A stretch of 64,000 bases of DNA from positions 1 to 64,000 of IMG/VR virus record IMGVR_UViG_3300050509_000509. One strand, given 5' to 3'. Each line of letters starts with the position of its first letter. The stretch's first letter is position 1. Positions 18,346 to 29,600 of the stretch are shown here, in pieces. The notes below the pieces were generated by a model. It saw nothing but the letters and a program-made list of their open reading frames with translations. It made no database searches and was not told where the DNA came from. The translations under genes were made by a program, and so were the position numbers. This DNA comes from a virus. Taxonomy: Duplodnaviria; Caudoviricetes.

Positions 18346-19148
18346 ACAGCTTGTGCTACTAATTTATAATTCGTTCCACCTATATTAACTGTAATTGTTG
18401 AGTCAGCTGTTACAGTTTCAGTGGCAACACTGGATGCCATCAGGATATCTTCCCTGTCTGCTATTCGTACAAAAGTCAAATTAGTTCCATCATATTCCAA
18501 TCCACCTACTTCTGAAGGAGACATAAAAGTACCAGCGTCTATTTTTATAGGGGCTGTTCCAGGACTACCTGAGCTGCCTCCTATATGTATCCTGGCAGTA
18601 GGGGTAGTCTCAATGCCTAACCTACCGCCATTTATTACTACTTCAGCGTTGTTCACATCTACTATGAAATCAAATGTAAGATCCTTAGTGATGTGGAAAA
18701 ATCCCTGCAAGTTGATTAGATTAACCTGTTCAGATGCATTACTGGTATTAAGCTGTATATAAGGAGCATTGGAGAGATTGTCACGCAAATTGATGAATGT
18801 GCTTGCATTAGTGTTCATATTTATAACCAATGTGTTATCCTCGTTGTGCAAACCAATCACTCCTGCTGATACATCAGTACTGAGTCCCGAATCTATAAAA
18901 TTTACACTGAACCCTCCAGTGGGAACCTCACGTACAGAAGTAAGAACTGCTGGGCTTCCTGCTTCACCCACGTCCTGACCCAGTACAGTTTCACCAGCTG
19001 TGCTAATAGACAAGCCATCAGCTGCAGCTCCTCCCCCGCCAGAGGAAGACAGGAAACATAGATATTGATGAATAAACCGGAGCCTCCGGTTTAAATCGCG
19101 AATAGATAGATTGATAATAGGCTCGTAATTGCAAATGTTACCACTCAT
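18342..19148 (-). CDS. Tail fibre/spike-like protein
   Basis: Beta-strand-rich; GLS...LG shaft motif and LGIETTPTARIHIGG fibre-like repeat. Confidence 0.55.
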   Translation of the reverse strand: MSGNICNYEPIINLSIRDLNRRLRFIHQYLCFLSSSGGGGAAADGLSISTAGETVLGQDVGEAGSPAVLTSVREVPTGGFSVNFIDSGLSTDVSAGVIGLHNEDNTLVINMNTNASTFINLRDNLSNAPYIQLNTSNASEQVNLINLQGFFHITKDLTFDFIVDVNNAEVVINGGRLGIETTPTARIHIGGSSGSPGTAPIKIDAGTFMSPSEVGGLEYDGTNLTFVRIADREDILMASSVATETVTADSTITVNIGGTNYKLVAQAV

Positions 19149-19900
19149 AATGTAAGGTTATAATATTTTTGAACTTTTTCTTTAGGCCAGGGAGTGATTA
19201 TCCTATCTCCGTGATCCTGGCTAAAATTACGATAGTTTCCAAAATTATTGGGGTGTCCTGCATTTCCTGATGTTTTAAATGTTGGTACATCGGTATCTCC
19301 CCAGTTATATATCAGTGTTGGTTTACCTTTCTCGTCTACCAGAATCTGCCCACCATAAGCTAGTGGATCTACCCATTTAAGATGCTGATCACTTGTCGAT
19401 TCATGATACCCATGCTCTCTGAGATGGGAGAATGGTACAAAGATCGAGGGTTCAAGTGTATTACTCATCAGCTGGATACCCCCCGGGTGTCTATAGTACG
19501 ATTGTGCAGGTTTGTAGGCAATCTTTCCCTGCTCTCTTGCACGAAGTACTCCTTTGACTCCTTCAGAGATATGATTGGGCAAGAATAGATCATCATCATC
19601 CCAATGGATCACTATATCCATGTCTTCAGGTATATACTTCAGTGCATCATTATATATATCTCCCAGGTTTTCGTAAGGAAGGCCTGTCCTATGACTTACA
19701 TGCTGATTTATGAGCAGGACTTTCTTGTTTGGTACGAGCTCAACATCTTTTGCATCCAGACCAGGATGTTGTTCAATAGGGGAATTGTTATATATCAGCA
19801 GGATATGCTCTCCCTCATAATCCTGATCTCTGAATAGCCGTACACTCCGCTCACAGAGTGTATGGCGGCCACAAGTGGCCATGATAGCAACTACTTTCAT
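19145..19900 (-). CDS. GT2-family glycosyltransferase
   Basis: VVAIMATCGR, FRDQDY, NLGDIYN, IHWDDDDLFLPNHIS. Confidence 0.85.
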   Translation of the reverse strand: MKVVAIMATCGRHTLCERSVRLFRDQDYEGEHILLIYNNSPIEQHPGLDAKDVELVPNKKVLLINQHVSHRTGLPYENLGDIYNDALKYIPEDMDIVIHWDDDDLFLPNHISEGVKGVLRAREQGKIAYKPAQSYYRHPGGIQLMSNTLEPSIFVPFSHLREHGYHESTSDQHLKWVDPLAYGGQILVDEKGKPTLIYNWGDTDVPTFKTSGNAGHPNNFGNYRNFSQDHGDRIITPWPKEKVQKYYNLTL

Positions 19901-19920
19901 TATCTTGGTTTTTATTGGAC

Positions 19921-20232
19921 TTATTCCGGCTTATTTTCGCGTTCCTGCTCCCACTTCTGCTGTAATTCCTTACCTGCTTGTTGCAATTCTTTCTTCTCTT
20001 GCTGATTTTCAGGATGTGCTGTAGTATCTCCCAGCATAATGCCGATTGTTTTCACGGCGAGTACTAACAGCGGGAGTATTACTATAGTCAGATTGTCTTT
20101 AAGTACAGGACTTATACCTTGTATCAGAGATACGATAGGTATCATACCTGTAAAAAAGAAAATGGCGGCAGTCTCCAGGCGTTTCCACCACCAGGGAGCA
20201 TTGATTTGTGCATTGCTAAATGATAATTTCAT
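19921..20232 (-). CDS. Two-TM membrane protein (holin-like)
   Basis: Two hydrophobic helices and a charged C-terminus. Confidence 0.55.
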   Translation of the reverse strand: MKLSFSNAQINAPWWWKRLETAAIFFFTGMIPIVSLIQGISPVLKDNLTIVILPLLVLAVKTIGIMLGDTTAHPENQQEKKELQQAGKELQQKWEQERENKPE

Positions 20233-20235
20233 ACC

Positions 20236-21402
20236 CTATTTTATTTCAGTTGTTCCATCTTCATACACATATACATATTTACCAATCTTATTTACCCATA
20301 CTCTTCCTTCTTCAATTTTCGATTGCATGACAGTGGTAGTTGTGGTAGTTGTGGTAGAAGTAGTAGAACCACCTCCCGCATAAGTTATTGTAACATCATC
20401 TGTTGCAATTCCTCCTTTGCCATCCTTCACTGTGAGCCTGTATGTATAATTGCCGACCTTCGGCATAAATGCATCTACGATATACCAACCAGATCCCTTA
20501 GGAAACAAAAGTCCACTGTCCCAAAGATTTACTCCATTAGGAACTGATATTGCAGACCAGCTACTAAGCTCAGGTTTGAAATTCTCTGACATACTGCCAT
20601 CAAGCTGTATAGTTTGTGCATTGACTGTACGATCCGGACCTGCTGCAGCCTTCAGAGAGGTACCACCAGAAGATCCTGGAACAGCTACGGGAGCATCTTT
20701 CGAATTCATGTACATCCACTCATAAATACTTACTGATGGATAGAGCAGACCCTGACCATTGGGAGCTATAGGAGGGGCATCTTTATAAACTGTATCCCAT
20801 CCACCATGGCCTGTAGCATTAAAGAGAGTCTTCACCGCTTTAAAAGCATTCGTATTTGCATTAATAGCATCTACAATCCCGTTGGTAGCTGCCACAGGAG
20901 TCCCACCATTAGTGTCATTGATATTATGAAATGCCCATACGGGTAATTGAGCATCTGCTACGTTCTTCCAGGTACCATTTACCCATGTTGTGGCGATAGG
21001 GATAGCAGTAGATAATTTCTGGGCTCTTGCAAGTGAGGAGCCTATGTAAGAGAAAGTACCCCCACCACCTAATGAAAGTCCTGTCAGGTTGATCTTGCTC
21101 TGGTTAACCTGTAGATTGGCCGAATAGGCGATCATTGCATCCACTTCATTGCCTGTGTAATTAGTAACCTGTGGTGCCAGCAAAAAAAATGGACGGGTAG
21201 TGCTTTGTACTGCAGATTTTAGATTGCCCGGAATCTCATTATTTAACAGATTATCCAGGCTATTTTCTCCATCTCCTGTACCACCTATACCATGTAGGAA
21301 GATGATAAGAGGTATATTAGTAGTGAGGGGTATATCTGGTTTGTATAATACAAATCCATACCCTGTCAAATTCTGCGATTTCCTGATTTTTTCGAAGCCC
21401 AT
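20236..21402 (-). CDS. Alpha/beta-hydrolase (esterase/peptidase-like) + PKD-like domain + poly-Thr linker
   Basis: IFLHGIG, TGLSLGG (GxSxG), WAFHNIND, GHGGW; AGPDRTV..LDGS..YTYRLTVKD PKD signature; STTSTTTTTTTT. Confidence 0.8.
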   Translation of the reverse strand: MGFEKIRKSQNLTGYGFVLYKPDIPLTTNIPLIIFLHGIGGTGDGENSLDNLLNNEIPGNLKSAVQSTTRPFFLLAPQVTNYTGNEVDAMIAYSANLQVNQSKINLTGLSLGGGGTFSYIGSSLARAQKLSTAIPIATTWVNGTWKNVADAQLPVWAFHNINDTNGGTPVAATNGIVDAINANTNAFKAVKTLFNATGHGGWDTVYKDAPPIAPNGQGLLYPSVSIYEWMYMNSKDAPVAVPGSSGGTSLKAAAGPDRTVNAQTIQLDGSMSENFKPELSSWSAISVPNGVNLWDSGLLFPKGSGWYIVDAFMPKVGNYTYRLTVKDGKGGIATDDVTITYAGGGSTTSTTTTTTTTVMQSKIEEGRVWVNKIGKYVYVYEDGTTEIK

Positions 21403-21413
21403 GATGTCAGATT

Positions 21414-23213
21414 TTATAATATTTCATACCAAAAATCAATATTCCATACTGCATTAATAGTAGCTCCACTCGTAAAGTCAAACTGCGCTCTATCGTTTGT
21501 TGCATCTCCTTGTATAAATCCGCCATAATATGTTCCTGCTGATGCATCTCCAGTACCTCGGCCTCCAAGTTGATAGTATTGAGTAAGGGCTGAGGCAAAA
21601 GGAAGAGAGAATGATACTATTGTTGGAGTAGCAGCAGCTGTTGGGTCTACTTCTAACATACCCCAGACATGAACACGATTTCCAAATCTTTCGTAATACC
21701 ATGTAGTTCCGGGGACAGCAGTTGCATCAACATTCGCCCCATTGGTTAATGTGGGCGTATATGTAGATACTGCAAACTGAGTCTTATTTAGTCGCCCTGC
21801 GTTGCTTCCCGAAGCTGTATCCGTAGTTACTAAGAAAGTGGATGTGGGTGTATTGCTCGTTGGTAAACTATCCTTTTGAAATCCTACACTTCCACCGACA
21901 AATAATTGTCTTTGATAAATATTGGTAGCTGTCGGGGTTGCTCCTATCATTACACCGCCGCCGTAATTAATACGCATTCTCTCGACATTGCCAGCAAGGA
22001 ATCTTTGAGCATAACCAGATTGGGTTTGAATATCCATAAATCCAGTAGCCTCATCAGTTAGTATATACCCTCTTCTACCACTTGGTGGCGTCTGTCCATA
22101 AAGCCCAAGAATCGCTTGGGTGTTAGCTCTTACTATTCTAAATTCTCCGTTATGCGCACTCGAAGAAAATCCATTCGCATCAACAGCGAAACTTCCCGGA
22201 AGGGTAACAAGATTAAACGTATGCATTCTTAATTGAATACCTGTGGTACTTGGCAATATATCTACTAATTTATTCGTGCTATCTACAAGTACACCAAGTG
22301 CGGGGCCAGTGGCTGTGCTGAACAATGTGAATTGAGAATATTTGCTTGTTATATTTCGCCCTATTGAATAATAGGCGTTGTGAGAGCTGTCATATAGGGT
22401 ATAGCTCGCAGCAGTTCGATAAAATTGCAAATCGTTTGTTTCGGCATTTATAGTCCAGCTTTCTGCTCTTATTTGCTTTCCTTGCCGGGTATTAAAGTGT
22501 TTGTGATATTCATATAACTGAGGCGTTCCGCCTATTGGGTCAGGTCTATAGTTAGATTCCCACGCTTCGCCCCATGCAGCTACGCCAGCGGTTTGATTGC
22601 CGCCGCCAAAAGTTAACCCAATTCCTCTTGTATAAACAACATTGGGTCTCTGTGGTGCTTGTAAAGCAAATCCCACCCCCTCGTACCATGACTGCATACC
22701 TTGTGCGGGGGTTCCAGAAAAAGCAGGTTTTATTTCTCTGAGAATATATCCCGAGCCAGTACTATCTGGCTGATCTGTTTCTTTAGCCGCCTCGACCTGT
22801 TTATAAGGATACCCGCTCTGTAATCGCAGATAGTTACTGCCTTGCGTAATTGTTGTATTCTGATTTAATGTGCCACCCAGTTCTACAGTGTCCCCATCTT
22901 TTGAAAGACCATTACTGGCAAAGATGTTACTAACATCTCCTGTCTTCAATACTTTAATCCACCTTTTGGGATTACAGGCTCTGAACCAGAATGAGTTCTC
23001 TGCATAGGTGAAAATCAGTGCAGCGCAGGTATCAATACCCTTTTGTAGATTGGCAGCTGTAGTGTCCAGGTACCTGGGAGCATATAGATTTGTCGAGGCC
23101 ATAAGCCGTGGATCATTGACAGTATTGGTGCCAAGAGTCCTGTTAATAATTGGCTGTGCTACTGCAAAACTGCTAATTATTGCAGTCATTATAACTAAAA
23201 ATATGTGTTTCAT
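21414..23213 (-). CDS. Tail fibre-like protein with an N-terminal Sec-type signal peptide
   Basis: MKHIFLVIMTAIISSFAVA|Q; ASNGLSK..VELGG, ERMRIN..GGVMIG repeats; C-terminal YTPT..YYERFGNRVHV receptor-binding-like beta domain. Confidence 0.6.
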   Translation of the reverse strand: MKHIFLVIMTAIISSFAVAQPIINRTLGTNTVNDPRLMASTNLYAPRYLDTTAANLQKGIDTCAALIFTYAENSFWFRACNPKRWIKVLKTGDVSNIFASNGLSKDGDTVELGGTLNQNTTITQGSNYLRLQSGYPYKQVEAAKETDQPDSTGSGYILREIKPAFSGTPAQGMQSWYEGVGFALQAPQRPNVVYTRGIGLTFGGGNQTAGVAAWGEAWESNYRPDPIGGTPQLYEYHKHFNTRQGKQIRAESWTINAETNDLQFYRTAASYTLYDSSHNAYYSIGRNITSKYSQFTLFSTATGPALGVLVDSTNKLVDILPSTTGIQLRMHTFNLVTLPGSFAVDANGFSSSAHNGEFRIVRANTQAILGLYGQTPPSGRRGYILTDEATGFMDIQTQSGYAQRFLAGNVERMRINYGGGVMIGATPTATNIYQRQLFVGGSVGFQKDSLPTSNTPTSTFLVTTDTASGSNAGRLNKTQFAVSTYTPTLTNGANVDATAVPGTTWYYERFGNRVHVWGMLEVDPTAAATPTIVSFSLPFASALTQYYQLGGRGTGDASAGTYYGGFIQGDATNDRAQFDFTSGATINAVWNIDFWYEIL

Positions 23214-23656
23214 GGTCTTGGAAATATATAGAGATGATAATCTATAGTATTAGCGTCAAATCCTGGTATGAGAATAGTAAATCCTCCTAATTGTTCGTAG
23301 TCCCACTCCTGATTGCCTACTTCGTTATAGACAAAGCGATTTGCATCATTTAAGAAAATCTCAAATTCTATGCCCTCCAGTTCAGGTAAAAGACATGTAA
23401 TGCCATCTGGCTCAAAATCACTACTTACTATCGGTATGATTGCTGAGGCAGTGGTTGGTACAGCGTCAATATAAGCTACCAGCTTGTTGATGACTATATT
23501 AAGTAGATCACCTGTATTGATTCCGGGCGCTGTAATACGGGTACCAGAATAGTACACACACGTACCTGGTAATGTCATTATACAACCTGCTCCTGTTGTA
23601 GGAGCACAACAACGTGCATTAGTACGACAGGAGTTACCTGGTATGGACATTCCCAT
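23210..23656 (-). CDS. Cys-rich structural protein
   Basis: Shares the CVxYxG..GIxxxDxL domain with 59314-60726 and 60726-61802. Confidence 0.6.
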   Translation of the reverse strand: MGMSIPGNSCRTNARCCAPTTGAGCIMTLPGTCVYYSGTRITAPGINTGDLLNIVINKLVAYIDAVPTTASAIIPIVSSDFEPDGITCLLPELEGIEFEIFLNDANRFVYNEVGNQEWDYEQLGGFTILIPGFDANTIDYHLYIFPRP

Positions 23657-23686
23657 TAGTCAAACATTTATCTTATTAGTCAAAGT

Positions 23687-26600
23687 TTATCTAAACACAC
23701 CGTACCTGGACTGAACTCTTATATTATATTCCTTTGCAATATCTTCGTTAAATATAGCCAAATACGTTAACAACTCTTTTGTAATAGGTAGCATACGAAA
23801 TAAATACTTACTGGGTTTAAGATCTTCTGCATATCTCTCTGATTCCCGATCACCCAGCATGTAGTACCATCCCTTTAGAATGCCCGTTCCAATAAACCGC
23901 TCAAGCTCTACCAACAAGTGCACCGCTGGAAATACTGATCCATTCACAATGTTTGTGAAGGAGATCGGGTTGTAGAAAAAGCTTACCTCGTCCTGTAGTT
24001 TATCAAGTCCTCGTAACATCCACTTGTACATACCCCTTACTTCAGGATCTCCTTCGTCAGGCTCTGCTGAACGGACTGCCAACAGGATACCCATTAGTGA
24101 TAGGGCCAACAACAACTCTTTTACTTCAGAACGTACCCCCTTGATGTACATATCAATAAATTCAGCTTCGTTCATCTCAAGCCTGTCTTCCTGCTCGACA
24201 AATTCGCGTTGCTTTTCCTTGTAAGCTCTCCTTGCAATTTCTACAAGTGGCTCTGCACTACCTGTCAAATAATACTTCAGATTGCTGATATTGCCTAGAG
24301 CCCCTTTTCTTAAGGCATCGCCAAGCATGCGAATTCTGCCCCATTCATACTTCTGGGAGCCTGGAACAAATTTTAGAGACTGTGCACGTACATCAAGCAT
24401 TCTGGGTATCCAGTTCTTGAACATAAAGAAGCTTTGCCACATGATTGAGCGTTTGTACAACGAAAGATCTTCTCTTGAAGTATTACCCAACGCGTCACGT
24501 GAAGTCTGTAGCATCAGATGCCTGAAATCCACTACTGTTTGTGCGTCGTTACTGATTCCAGGTATTATGATCTGATCATCAACTATGTTAACATAGTTGA
24601 GTAATGCCTGAGGGGATTCCTGCATCTCCTCCACGCGTCTATCCAGTTCTCTCTCGAACTCTTGTGCTTCCTCATAGGTACCACTATACTTGTCCTGGTA
24701 TCCCATCTGCTTGCGCATGTACTCTCTTATATTTACAATCTTCCCATCAATGACAGCAGCGTTCTTTATATGCGACATAGCAATTACGCTGTTCACTGCT
24801 GTCTCTGAGCCACGTTGCAGAAAGAATAGATGGTCTGACGATAACCACCTCACAGCCCAGGATACACTCCTGTTACGAATATCCTTTGCAGTTACGTTAT
24901 CAGTATAAGGGTGGAGCATTGCCAGCAAGCCTGCCTGCTTCTGATTCCTGAGAGGTCCATAGAACCTGCCAGATACAAGCTGGAGTTCGGATTCCAGTAC
25001 ATCTTTTTTGCTGAAGAATCTGCCCTGGTTGATGTATGTATTTACTGTTCCCCCGAATAGGTTGGATGCAGAAGTAAATACGTTCAAACCGAGTGTCTTC
25101 GCTACATAGAAGCGGTTAAGAGCATTCAATGCTTTCACACCAGATACGGTGATAGTATCCTGTTCTGGCTCATCAAGTACTTTTCTTCCGAGCAATTTGT
25201 TGATTCTTCTTACGGCTGTACCATATGGTATCTCTATAGCTACATCTGACTCGTCAGATAGGTTTTTGTTGTAGTATATGGCATCAATGTGCTCCTTGAT
25301 ATAACGTGTGTTGATATCATTACTTATTATAATAGGATATCCGCTCTCATCACGATCTATGCCGCCTGTACGCTTGGTTTTATAGGCCATGCGATTTTCC
25401 TCTGTGTAATGCAGTAACCTGGCTATACCTTCGGACTCAGTCCTCAGCCTATATTTTATGATCTCTCTTTCCCATAGAGCCATAACCTTGAAGATGTCCA
25501 TGGACTTCTCTGAATAGTCCAGAAAGTATTTGCCATCTGCCCCCTGCACCCACTCTCCGAGATCGGATACAAAAGAGGCGTGAACTTCATCAATTGGCTT
25601 ACCAGTCAGTGGATCAATCTTTCCAAAAGAGGTATCTTCCCTTTCTATACGAAGGCCACCAAACAGACTTCCGAGCTTATTACCTCCTGGGGCAGTTGTT
25701 AGCTTTTCCAATAGATTCCTGCGGACATTAGGAAACCAGCTCCATCCATTATGCTCATCTATCATACCTGATTCGAGAGACTCTTCGAGTCGGTCGATCC
25801 AGTAGTTATATAGATCCAATAGTGCTTTGTTCTCTGGCTTCAGCAGTTCCTTATATTCATCAGACTCCCATTTGCCAGGTTTGGGGAAATCCTTCAGACG
25901 ATAATTATTCCTGTTTACACCTCTGGAAGTGGAGATTGAATAAGTATTCACAAAGTCCTGGAGACTCTGTACAATACGACGCTGGTTCTCTGCGTCATCT
26001 TCATGCACACGGGTTGTCTTGGCATTCTCAATCAGCCTTTTATGCTCTTCAAGATACCATGCTTTATAGGCATCAACATCAATGTTGTCGATAACCCATT
26101 TCAAATTAGTTTTCTCCTGTGCTTCTCTGAGAGAGGAGTAGAAATCGCGGGAGTACTTCTGGACGAACCTACCATTCCATCGTCCTTCTTTATCAATCTG
26201 TAGTATATGGCGATATAGCTCTTTTACTCTCTTACCCCTCAGCCAGGCGTCAACAGCATCTTCAAGTTCTTTTAATCGTGTCAGTCTGGCCTGGAATTCC
26301 AGGTCGATCCTGTTATTAATATTCTTCACGAGTCCCCATAGGATGGCCCCCGCTCTTAGAGAGGATTGGGAGAGCGAGCGGATCATACGTCTGTACCAGG
26401 AGAGCTGCTTTTCAGGAGTAAATTCGTCGCGTATGCCCATCTTGGCAGCCATCTTGTTCTTGCGAAAGTCCACTGACATCTTCCAGTAGCGGTTCAGCAT
26501 ATCCTGTGCATCGTCTGAGACCTTACGTGCATCTTCTATATACTTCTTTGACGCTTCAGAATCATCAGTGTACACCTCACGAAATACCTTATTCATGTCA

Positions 26601-29600
26601 GCGTACAATTCTACCTGATCTTTTTCATCCAGGATAGCATCAGCTATCTCATTCAGCTCTCCGATAGATGCCTCATCTGGATTTGTCTGGGCAATCTTTT
26701 CCTGCAGCTTTTGGAACTTTTCCTGCTGCCGGCGTACGATAGTTCTACCAGAGCTGATAATATCTTCAGCTTTCTTCTGCACCTGTAGTTTGCGGATGGC
26801 AGCGACAAGCTGTGCTATACGCTGTCCCTTCTCCAGGCGTTTATCTGGCGGAACTCTTTCATCTGCAAGTTTTCTGACAAGTCCTCTGAGCCTTGATAAA
26901 AAGCGATCAAACTGTTCCTCTCCTGTAGTTTCTGAAAGTGATGGAACAGGCAACAATACATCATCCTGAATGAGTGTAGCATCAAGGCCACCTATTGTAA
27001 TGCTACTTACTTTGAGCCCACTTCTCGCCTCTCCGAGAATGTTGTATTCATAATTCGCCCGCATTGGAATAGCGCGTGTCTGCCTGAATTTATTTCTTGG
27101 GACTCCGTATCCATTCTGCAGGATCCTGCGGATAGCCTCGATCTCTATATTATAGGCTTCTTGCACCCAGGTAGGTATGTCCCGCCTGAGACCTGTCAAA
27201 CCTGGTACCTTGAACTGCAGCACGTCTATATCTTCATTCGGAAGTATGGCTATAAGGTCGACTGTCCCAGCCATATTGGTCTTATCATCAAGAATATTAA
27301 CCTTCTTCAGGAATCTTGTACCTGCAGGATATGCACGCAATCTTTCAGCAATAGCTCCTTCCAGGGTATTGTAGAATGTACTATTATAAGGGTCAAGTAC
27401 CGAAGGTATGGTTTGCTCCAGCGGATTATCCCTCAGCGCACCATTATCATCAATATAACGGTCTAGTATAGATTGTATATCCTCTTTGGCTCTTCCTTCA
27501 GTTTCTTCACGGAAATCCTGGTTAGCCTGAGCTATATCACTTAGTGTTCTCTTTCTCAACCGACGCTCGTAAAACTTCTCTACTTCGCCAATAATAGTAC
27601 GACGTATTTCTGTACCATCGAGCTCGTAGCCTGTTTCTGTCCTCGCCAGATTTGCATGTACATTATTCAGTTTGCTGTATAGGTCTTCGTCAACCTGCAG
27701 AAATTCTCTACCCGCACTTTTGTCACCTGTAAGATCACTGACCTTACCTATTTCTTTCCCTGTTAGGATATCAGATGCCAGTGACTCGAATGGATTCATA
27801 CCTGCTCTATTGAACAATATCTTTAGCCAATCAAGTATTTTCTGCCACCATGTTTGTGTGCGTACCAGAAAATCTGGTCGCTCATTAATGTCCTGTGCGC
27901 GGTCAACGATTGTAGCCGCAAGTACTTTGGCAATCGCTTCTTTTTTGAGCTTGACGATATCAGGAGAGCCGTCTTTGTTTTGGTAAAAGCCCATATGCCT
28001 ATACTCAGCTACAACATCAGAGAAGATATTATAGCTTCCGATACTGTTCATCATCTCTTTAAAAAGTGCAGGATTGGTCTGTTCTACGATCTCTACAGCA
28101 ACGTGCATAGCTTCTTCAGTGAGAGCAACATCCTGCTTTCCATTCACCACATATATCAAGCCCTCTAAAGGATAGGCAATACCATTTATGTTTACCTTCT
28201 TTCCATTCATAATAAAGCCATCAGCTGTACGTACAGTTACGCCGATCCTATCAAGAAATTCCTCTACCCGGGCAATAGTTTGTGCAGATGCTCTTCCGGG
28301 AATAGTCTGCGAACCCTGTTGTAGAAATATAGGTTTAGCAGCTTTTTTGGGGTCTATGCTTACTTCGAACCATTCATTATCATATTCATCCTTTACCCTC
28401 TCTGGTTTTAATCCCTGCTTTCTGAGAATGTTGTATATATCTGCCTCGTAAAACTTGGCTATAGCAGAGAATTTTTGTACGCCATCCGGACCTCTGAGAT
28501 CCTCAACTTCTCTCTCAAAAGCTTGTTTTTCTAACAGGGAAGATCCCAAACTTTCCTGTAGGGTATCACGAAGTTTTTCAAGCTGTGAGTCAAAAAAACT
28601 CTTTGGTATATCTGTTATAGTCTGATCCCCGTCGAGTTGTTGGTAGAAGTATTCGCTACCCTTGACTATAAACTTGAAAACCTGGTTCTCAAATCCGTTC
28701 GTCTCAGCATCTTTGAGTTTTTCCTGTAGTTCTTCTATGTGCTTTATCTCTCTGTCCAGTCGCGCGATCCTATCCTCACGCTCAGTGATAAAGGTTTCCA
28801 CTGTATCGTGCCCCTGTATTTTCGAGGCTGTGTTTCCTGTAGGAAATCGCACCCTTTTATATTCCTTCCTGGCTGAATCCTGTATGATAGAGCGCACGAA
28901 GAATTTAACCCAGTTGTTGTCTATATTCAACAATTGCAGGAAATTGTTCTCAGGATTCAGGCCCACTTTCCTAATACGAAACCAGTCTATGTCTACATGG
29001 ATGTCATCACCACCTCCTGGATAACGAGAGGTGCGCTTTTCATATAAGTATCCATCAAATTCGATTTCTGTCTTTCCTTGTGCTGCCTCATCAAGCTCAC
29101 GGATACGCGACTTTGCAGTAACCTTAAGAAATTCACCTGCTAAATCCTTCTCTTTTCTCGATTTCTGGAACATATCAGACTGTATTTCCAGTATGCGGCG
29201 GGTCTTAGCCTGGGCAGCTTCTATTTTAGCTGCTTCTCTTTGTTTACCTTCTACCCACTCCTGAAAATCATCTTCATGCACTATATCCTCGTACTCCCCC
29301 TCTACTCCTTTCTCCCTTTTATACATTGCATAAAAGTTCTTGTCTGCTGGCACAAATACCTTGTCATCGCTTCTGAACCATCCTATTCCATGTCTGGAAG
29401 CGAACTGTCCATGCCCTTGCACGATAGGAACAATTTCAGGAGTTCTGATTTCTATCTCCCTGTAATTTGTCCCACCACGTACGCTTATATTCTCGTAATA
29501 TTGAGTTGGCCGTAACTTCCTGCTATCATTCAATCTTTCAGTTTCTTTCTCTGCCTCTGGTAAAGAGTCCGTTTTGAACATGGTATTTCCATCACTATCT

